The notes under the pieces were generated by a model that worked only from the letters and a program-made list of their open reading frames with translations, searched no databases and was not told the origin of the DNA. From assembly GCA_013003675.1 (NCBI GenBank), contig JABDIP010000452.1:1-31198 (forward strand): 31,198 bases of DNA, written 5' to 3'. This stretch comes from Inquilinus sp. (GTDB lineage Bacteria; Pseudomonadota; Alphaproteobacteria; DSM-16000; Inquilinaceae). Below, piece after piece: positions 25,527 to 31,198 of the stretch. Numbering within the stretch: the first letter of the stretch is position 1; the number at the start of each line of letters is the position of its first letter. A program made the position numbers and the translations under genes.

Positions 25527-27037
25527 GCGGTCGCTCTCTTCTTGCTCGGTGTCATGGGGATCGGAATCGTCTTGGCGCCGTCGTTCTTGATGGCGTCGAA
25601 GGCCGCAAGCGCCCGCCGGCGGGCCGCCGGATGGTCGACGATCGGTTCGGGATAGGTTTCGCCCAGCGCCACGCCGGCGTCCGACAAGACCTCGTCGAGG
25701 GCCTGCCAGGGCGCGTGGATGTAGTCCGTCGGCAGCGCCGCCAGTTCAGGCACGAAGCGGCGGACGTAAGCGCCGTCGGGATCGAACCGCTCGCCCTGCA
25801 GGATCGGGTTGAAGATGCGGAAGAAGGGCGCGGCGTCGGCGCCGCAGCCGGCGACCCATTGCCAGCTCGCCGCGTTGCTGGCGAGGTCGGCGTCGACCAG
25901 CGTGTCCCAGAACCAGGCCTCGCCTTCCTGCCAGGGCACCAGCAGGTGCTTGGTCAGGAACGAGGCGACGATCATCCGCACCCGGTTGTGCATCCAGCCG
26001 GTCTGCCAGAGCTGGCGCATGCCGGCGTCGACGATCGGATAGCCGGTCATGCCGCGGCGCCAGGCGGCAATTGCCGCGCCGGTGTCCTGGCGCCAAGGAA
26101 AACCGTCGAAGCGCGTATCGAGCGGCCGGTCGACGATCCGCGGGAAGTGGTAGAGCAGGTGATAGGCGAATTCCCGCCATACAAGCTCCTTCTGGTATTT
26201 CTCCGCCTGCGCCTCGCGTCCGGTGAGGGCGCCGCTCTCCAGCCGGGCGGCGACCGCGTGCCAGATCTGCCGCGGCCCGATCTCGCCCCAGTGCAGATGC
26301 GGCGACAGCGCCGAAGTGCCGTCGATGTCCGGCCGGTTGCGCCGCTCGCCATAGCGGTCGAGACCGTCATCGAGAAAGCGCGACAGGCGGTCCAGGGCGC
26401 CGGCCTCGCCGGGGGTCCAGCTTTGCCGCATGCCCCCCGCCCAATCGGGCGCGGTCGGCAACAACTCCCACGCCTCGAGCCGGTCGCTGGCCGGCCAGAT
26501 ATCGGGAGTTTCGAGCGTCGTCGGCGCCGCTGCCGGACGCGGTGGTTCCGTGCCAAGCCTCTCGCGCGTCGCCCGCCAGAACGGCGTGTAGACCTTGTAC
26601 GGCCCGCCGCCGCCGGTCTTCACCTGCCAAGGCTCGACCAGCAGGGCGCTGTTGAAGCTGCGTGCCTCGATGCCGCGCGCCCGGAGCGTCTGCTTCAGCT
26701 TGCCGTCGCGATCGACCGCCGCCGGCTCGTAGCGACGGTTCCAGACCAGGCGGCCGGCACAGGTCTCGTCGATCAGCCGATCCAACTCGGCGGCACTGTC
26801 GCCGCGACGCAGCACTAGGCGACTGCCCCGCTCGGCCAAGGAAGCGCCCAGCCGGGCCAGACTGTGGTGCAGCCACCAGCGGCCGGCCGCACCGGGCGGG
26901 CGCGGCTCGGATTCGTCCAGAATGAAGACGGGAATGACAGGCCCGCCAGCGGTGATGGCGTCGGCCAGAGCCGGGTTGTCGGCCAGACGCAAATCCTGGC
27001 GGAACCATACGACGGTCGGGGCGGCGGTGCTAACCAT
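25523..27037 (-). CDS. phrB: Deoxyribodipyrimidine (class I CPD) photolyase
   Basis: VWFRQDLRLADNPAL, SALSPHLHWGEI, GMRQLWQTGWMHNRVRMIVASFL, DADLASN..SWQW and FRIFNP. Confidence 0.93.
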   Translation of the reverse strand: MVSTAAPTVVWFRQDLRLADNPALADAITAGGPVIPVFILDESEPRPPGAAGRWWLHHSLARLGASLAERGSRLVLRRGDSAAELDRLIDETCAGRLVWNRRYEPAAVDRDGKLKQTLRARGIEARSFNSALLVEPWQVKTGGGGPYKVYTPFWRATRERLGTEPPRPAAAPTTLETPDIWPASDRLEAWELLPTAPDWAGGMRQSWTPGEAGALDRLSRFLDDGLDRYGERRNRPDIDGTSALSPHLHWGEIGPRQIWHAVAARLESGALTGREAQAEKYQKELVWREFAYHLLYHFPRIVDRPLDTRFDGFPWRQDTGAAIAAWRRGMTGYPIVDAGMRQLWQTGWMHNRVRMIVASFLTKHLLVPWQEGEAWFWDTLVDADLASNAASWQWVAGCGADAAPFFRIFNPILQGERFDPDGAYVRRFVPELAALPTDYIHAPWQALDEVLSDAGVALGETYPEPIVDHPAARRRALAAFDAIKNDGAKTIPIPMTPSKKRATA

Positions 27038-27209
27038 GCTGGAATGGCCGATGCCTACCGGATCGGACGATCGGTAGACGGATTCCGCGCGGCGGGCCGC
27101 TGGCGATCCGGCGCGGCGGCGACCGCAGGTGAGTGGTCGACGGCGGACGTCGCGGCCGTTCCCTGGCGCATGGCGGCTCGAAGCTCTTGGTCATTGTGCA
27201 CCGGATTTG

Positions 27210-27236
27210 TACGTGGCCGGCGGCGCGACGGATCAC
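27210..27236 (-). promoter_or_regulatory. ECF11/sigma-E-type promoter GTGATCC-N16-CGTA
   Basis: The minus strand reads GTGATCC GTCGCGCCGCCGGCCA CGTA, an exact match to the consensus as I recall it; it heads the photolyase-ufa operon. Confidence 0.8.
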
Positions 27237-27256
27237 TTGCCTCGCGAACGAAGCGA

Positions 27257-27919
27257 TCAGTGGACCAGGGCGCCGCGCGGCAGGCTGTAGAGGCGTGAGC
27301 GGCCGACCAGATGGACATGGAAGCGGCGGTCCAGCAGCCCGGCGATGGCCGGGTCCAGCACGTCGAGCCCGCCGGTATAGGCGCCGAAGGCCGGCAGGAT
27401 CAGCCGCCTTCCGTCGCCGACGAAGCAGCGTGCGGTCACCCGCCGGCCACGGGTGCGGATCGTCGCCTTCGGATGGTAGTGGCCGGAGAGCTCGCCAACC
27501 GCTCCGCGCTGCGCCTCGTGGCGGAATACCAGCGCCCCGTCGGTCAGGCTGCCGAGCACGCGGCCGCCCCAGACGTCCGGTGGTGATGGATCGTGATTGC
27601 CGGCGATCCAGATCCAGTCCCGTCCAGCGATCAGGGCCGACAGCCGGGCGGCGTCGGCCGGTGCCAGCCGTCCGGCCGCACCCCGGTCATGGAAGCTGTC
27701 GCCGAGGCAGATCACCCGCTCCGGCTGCAACCGCACGATCACTTCCGTCAGGCGCGCCAGTGTCTCGGTCGTGTCGTATGGCGGCACGAGGGCCCCCCGG
27801 GCGGCATAGCCGGAGCCCTTTTCCAGATGCAGATCGGCGACCGCGACCGTGGACCGCGCCGGCCACCACAGCACGCCGCAGCGGTCGGCGACCAGTTCGA
27901 CGCCGTTGACGGTCAGCAC
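27257..27919 (-). CDS. pdeM: Ligase-associated DNA damage response endonuclease (metallophosphoesterase)
   Basis: VADLHLEKG, LVPPYDT, CLGDSFHD, WIAGNHD, GHYHPK and LPAFGAYTGG. The start is uncertain: GTG 27919 or TTG 28006. Confidence 0.85.
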   Translation of the reverse strand: MLTVNGVELVADRCGVLWWPARSTVAVADLHLEKGSGYAARGALVPPYDTTETLARLTEVIVRLQPERVICLGDSFHDRGAAGRLAPADAARLSALIAGRDWIWIAGNHDPSPPDVWGGRVLGSLTDGALVFRHEAQRGAVGELSGHYHPKATIRTRGRRVTARCFVGDGRRLILPAFGAYTGGLDVLDPAIAGLLDRRFHVHLVGRSRLYSLPRGALVH

Positions 27920-28010
27920 GGCCTGGGTCGGAGGAGGAAGAATGCCGATCGGTCTGCTCCGGCGAAGTGGACGATCCTGGATAGGCGGTCGGGCAACGCC
28001 AGGCAAGCGG

Positions 28011-30503
28011 TCATAAGGGGAGCGCGGGCTGTCCGGCCGCCCGCTCCGACAGTTCGGGCATCGCGTCGGCGAGCAGGGCGTCGATCGTCTCGTCGAGCAG
28101 CCGGTCGACGGCGCCGCCATAGACCTGCTCGCGGCCGATCTCCAGCAGGATCGGCACCGCCAGCGGCGAGATGCGGTCGAGCCTGCGGTGCTCGATGCGC
28201 CCGGCGGCGCGCTTCAGCAGGGCGCCGACCCGCTCGATATCGGTCAGTCCCCGCGCCGCGTCGGCGCGGGTGGCGCGCAGCAGCACATGGTCGGGCTCGT
28301 GCTGGCGCAGGACGTCGTAGATCAGGTCCGAGCTGATGGTGACCTGGCGGCCGGTCTTCTCCTGTCCGGGATAGCGGCGCTCGATCAGCCCGGCGATCAC
28401 CGCCACGTTGCGGAAGGTGCGCCGCAGCAGGCTGGATTCCTCAATCCAGGCCTCCAGATCGTCGCCCAGCATGTCCTCGGCGAACAGGCTCGCCATGTCG
28501 GTCGGCCGCTCCAGGCTCCAGGTGGCCAGCACGTAGTCGGTGGCGACGAAGCCGAGCGGGCCGAGGCCGGCGCGCTCCATGCGCCGGGTCAGCAGCATGC
28601 CGAGGGTCTGGTGCGCGTTTCGGCCCTCGAAGGTATAGGCGACCATGAAGAACTTGCCGCCGCGCGGGAAAGTCTCGACCAGCAGGTTGTTCCGTTTCGG
28701 CAACACCGAGCGATAGCCCTGGAGACGCAGCCATTCCTGCACCGCCGCCGGCAGGTGCCGCCAGGCGCCCGGGTCCTCCAGCATCGCCCGCACCCGGTCG
28801 GCGAGATGGGTGGAGAGCGGCAGGCGGCCGCCGCCATAGGCCGGCACCTTCGGGTCGCCCTCGCCGCCGCGGCTGCACAGCAATACCGTCTGGCGGATGC
28901 CCTCGAAACGCAGCAACTGCCCGGCGAACATGAAGGTGTCGCCGGGCACCAGGCCGTTGGCGAAATACTCCTCCACCTCGCCCAGCAGCGGGCCGCGCCG
29001 AACCTTCACCTTCAGCGTCACCGCCTCGACGATGGTGCCGACATTCATCCGATAGGCGCGGGCGACGCCGGGTCCGGCGACCCGCCAGCGGCCCTTCCCG
29101 TCGCTTTTCAGCCGGCGATAGCGCTCATAGGCGCCGAGCGCGTAGCCGCCGGTGGCGACGAAGTCGAGCACATCGTCGAAATCGTGCCGGGCCAGAGCGG
29201 CATAGGGGGCGGCGCTGGTCACCTCGGCATAAAGAGACTCGGCGTCGAAGGGGCCGGAGCAGGCGGTGCCGGTGACGTGCTGCGCCAGCACGTCGAGCCC
29301 GCCCGGCGGCGGCGGGTCGCCGTCCAGGGTCATCTCCCGCACACCGTCCATGGCGGCGCGGCATTCCAGCACCTCGAACCGGTTGGCCGGCACCAGCAGC
29401 GCCTGCGACGGCAGGTCGAGCCGGTGGTTGGAGCGGCCGATCCGTTGCAGCAGCCGGCTCACCCCCTTCGGCGCCCCGACCTGGACCACCAGATCGACCG
29501 CCGCCCAGTCGATGCCGAGGTCGAGGGAGGAGGTGGCGACGACGGCGCGCAGATTCCCGGCCGCCATCGCCGCCTCGACCTTGCGGCGCTGCTCGCGCGC
29601 CAGGCTGCCGTGGTGCAGGGCGATCGGCAGCGTGTCCTCGTTCAGCCGCCAGAGCTCCTGGAAGACCAGTTCGGCCTGGGCGCGGGTGTTGACGAAAACG
29701 ACCGTGGTCCCGGCGTCGCGGATCCGCTGATAGACCTCGGCGATGGCATGGACCGCCATATGGCCCGACCAGGGCAGCCGTTCCTTGGTTTTCAGGATCG
29801 ACATCTCCGGCTGCAGGCCGGGCGGGCCGGTCACCACGCGCACGTCGCCGGCATCGGCACGGCCGGTTTTCGACAGCCAGGCGGTCAGCGCCTGCGGATG
29901 GGCGACGGTGGCGGACAGGCCGACCCGGCGGCAGGCGGGGGCGAGGGCGGCCAAGCGGGCCAACCCCAGCGCCAGCAGGTCCCCCCGCTTGATCCCGGCC
30001 AGCGCGTGCAGCTCGTCCACGATCACACAGCGCAGCCCGCCGAAGATCTGTTTCGCGTCCGTATAGGAGAGCATCAGCGCCAGGCTTTCCGGCGTCGTCA
30101 TCAGCATGTGCGGCGGATGGCGGCGCTGCCTCTCGCGCTTGTCGGCCGGTGTGTCGCCGGTCCGCGTCTCGTGGCGGATGGTCAGTCGCATCTCGGCGAT
30201 CGGGATTTCCAGGTTGCGGTGGATGTCGACCGCCAGCGCCTTCAAGGGCGAGATGTAGAGCGTGTGCAGGCTGCCACGGCCCCAGCCGGGGCGCGGCCGT
30301 TCCGCCAGCTCGACCAGGCTGGGCAGGAAGCCGGCCAGGGTCTTGCCGCCGCCGGTCGGGGCGATCAGCAGGGCGTTGTCGCCGGCCGCCGCCGCATCCA
30401 GCATCCCCAGCTGGTGGGCGTGCGGCACCCAGCCGCGCTGCGCAAACCAGCCCGTGAACAGCGGCGGCAACGGGTCGTCGGGCAGGGCGGGCCGGGCATC
30501 CAT
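28011..30503 (-). CDS. lhr: Ligase-associated DNA damage response DEXH-box helicase (Lhr-core)
   Basis: APTGGGKT, YISPLKAL, TTPESL, VDELH, GLSAT, HHGSL, TSSLDLGID and QRIGRSNH. Confidence 0.93.
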   Translation of the reverse strand: MDARPALPDDPLPPLFTGWFAQRGWVPHAHQLGMLDAAAAGDNALLIAPTGGGKTLAGFLPSLVELAERPRPGWGRGSLHTLYISPLKALAVDIHRNLEIPIAEMRLTIRHETRTGDTPADKRERQRRHPPHMLMTTPESLALMLSYTDAKQIFGGLRCVIVDELHALAGIKRGDLLALGLARLAALAPACRRVGLSATVAHPQALTAWLSKTGRADAGDVRVVTGPPGLQPEMSILKTKERLPWSGHMAVHAIAEVYQRIRDAGTTVVFVNTRAQAELVFQELWRLNEDTLPIALHHGSLAREQRRKVEAAMAAGNLRAVVATSSLDLGIDWAAVDLVVQVGAPKGVSRLLQRIGRSNHRLDLPSQALLVPANRFEVLECRAAMDGVREMTLDGDPPPPGGLDVLAQHVTGTACSGPFDAESLYAEVTSAAPYAALARHDFDDVLDFVATGGYALGAYERYRRLKSDGKGRWRVAGPGVARAYRMNVGTIVEAVTLKVKVRRGPLLGEVEEYFANGLVPGDTFMFAGQLLRFEGIRQTVLLCSRGGEGDPKVPAYGGGRLPLSTHLADRVRAMLEDPGAWRHLPAAVQEWLRLQGYRSVLPKRNNLLVETFPRGGKFFMVAYTFEGRNAHQTLGMLLTRRMERAGLGPLGFVATDYVLATWSLERPTDMASLFAEDMLGDDLEAWIEESSLLRRTFRNVAVIAGLIERRYPGQEKTGRQVTISSDLIYDVLRQHEPDHVLLRATRADAARGLTDIERVGALLKRAAGRIEHRRLDRISPLAVPILLEIGREQVYGGAVDRLLDETIDALLADAMPELSERAAGQPALPL

Positions 30504-30508
30504 TACCG

Positions 30509-30523
30509 GAATATAACAAGAAC
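30509..30523 (-). promoter_or_regulatory. Alphaproteobacterial LexA (SOS) box GTTC-N7-ATTC
   Basis: The minus strand reads GTTC TTGTTAT ATTC, ending 5 nt before the helicase ATG; one mismatch to GTTC-N7-GTTC. Confidence 0.7.
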
Positions 30524-30571
30524 ACCGGGCATCGCGAGGGACATTGCGGGATGCCCCTTTCCCTGGTCGAC

Positions 30572-31198
30572 CTAGAGCGGCCGCTTGTCGCCAGTCACCA
30601 TGGCGCGGACCAGGTTCTCCCGGTGAGCGAAGCTGGCGAGGGCGACGCCGCCGATATGCGCGAATACCAGGATCAGCGTGAGGTTGCTGAAGAATTCGTG
30701 CAATTCCTCGAGCGTCTCTGCGCGTTCGTCCTCATCGTCGTCGTCATCCTCCTCGTCGCCCTCGCGACGATCCAGGGAGAATTCGGCGCTGTCGCGCGGC
30801 ATCGCCGGTACGGCGATCAGGCCGGCCAGCGGCCCCCGCCCATCCTCGGCGGCCAGGGTTGCCATGCCGGTCGCGACCGTCGCCGCCAGCGAAAGCAGCA
30901 GCACCACCGCCATGGCGCCGCCGGCGGGGCTGTGGCCGAGATAGCGCTTGGATTTCGAGCGTAAGAGGTCGCCCAGATAGGCGAATACGGTGGAAGGGCG
31001 GTAGAGGAAATCCCCGAACCGCGCATGTCTGGGGCCGACCAGCCCCCAAAGCACGCGGACGGCGACCAGACCGGCAACGATGTAGCCGGCCCATTCGTGG
31101 ACCAGCCCGACCCCGTCGTCGTGCTCGGTCAGGTAGGCGACGGCGAAGGCGACAACGAGCGCCCAGTGAAAGACCCGGACAAGCGGATCCCAGACGCG
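30572..31198 (-). CDS. Cytochrome b/b6 domain protein (Ni-hydrogenase cytb-like), 5' end outside the window
   Basis: The frame is open to the window end: RVWDPLVRVFHW, HEWAGY, RVLWGLVG, GHSPAGG, ELHE and AHIGGV...HRENLVRAMVTG. Confidence 0.85.
   Translation of the reverse strand, partial: RVWDPLVRVFHWALVVAFAVAYLTEHDDGVGLVHEWAGYIVAGLVAVRVLWGLVGPRHARFGDFLYRPSTVFAYLGDLLRSKSKRYLGHSPAGGAMAVVLLLSLAATVATGMATLAAEDGRGPLAGLIAVPAMPRDSAEFSLDRREGDEEDDDDDEDERAETLEELHEFFSNLTLILVFAHIGGVALASFAHRENLVRAMVTGDKRPL

Noticed and set aside
27930-28016. Strong GGAGGAGG followed by ATG at 27942 opening a 24-codon plus-strand ORF
   Set aside because: It lies antisense to the lhr-pdeM junction with no promoter or conservation evidence, and may simply reflect a pyrimidine-rich leader on the sense strand.
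28188-30575. 795-aa plus-strand ORF opposite lhr
   Set aside because: Antisense shadow of a GC-rich gene; no recognisable motifs, while the minus frame has complete helicase motifs.
1-31198. CRISPR arrays, IS/integrase genes, tRNA and rRNA
   Set aside because: No regularly spaced repeats, transposase or recombinase motifs, cloverleaf structures or rRNA signatures were seen on reading.

Overview
GC-rich bacterial window, most likely from an alphaproteobacterium (inferred from an alpha-type LexA box, ECF11/sigma-E-type promoters and a PleC/DivJ-like kinase). No rRNA, tRNA, CRISPR or mobile element was seen. There are four blocks. (1) 1-10033 is a divergent sulfosugar/sulfonate cluster around a GntR/UTRA regulator. 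Leftward are a YihV-like sulfofructose kinase, a LacD/YihT-family aldolase and a fucose-isomerase-family (SqvD/SftI-like) isomerase cut by the window edge. Rightward are SuyAB sulfolactate sulfo-lyase, a tripartite tricarboxylate transporter, and SlcC-like and ComC-like sulfolactate dehydrogenases. Together these suggest an EMP-type sulfoglycolysis coupled to sulfolactate desulfonation in one organism; this is the best candidate for an undescribed system. (2) 10257-18438 holds a PhnD-like binding protein abutting an orphan HAMP-PAS histidine kinase, a divergent PEP carboxylase, a structured intergenic region that looks like an sRNA with C-rich loops, an orphan TRAP DctP and a DOPA-dioxygenase-family gene. 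(3) 18494-27236 holds two convergent units, each behind a TG(A/G)TCC-N16-CGTA sigma-E-type promoter: DUF6134-SDR, and photolyase-FAD oxidoreductase-DUF1365-methyltransferase-MFS-DUF3833, a furan fatty acid/singlet-oxygen-type cluster. (4) 27257-31198 holds an Lhr-type helicase and PdeM behind a LexA box, and a truncated cytochrome b gene. All family assignments come from motif recognition and recall; no database search was run.
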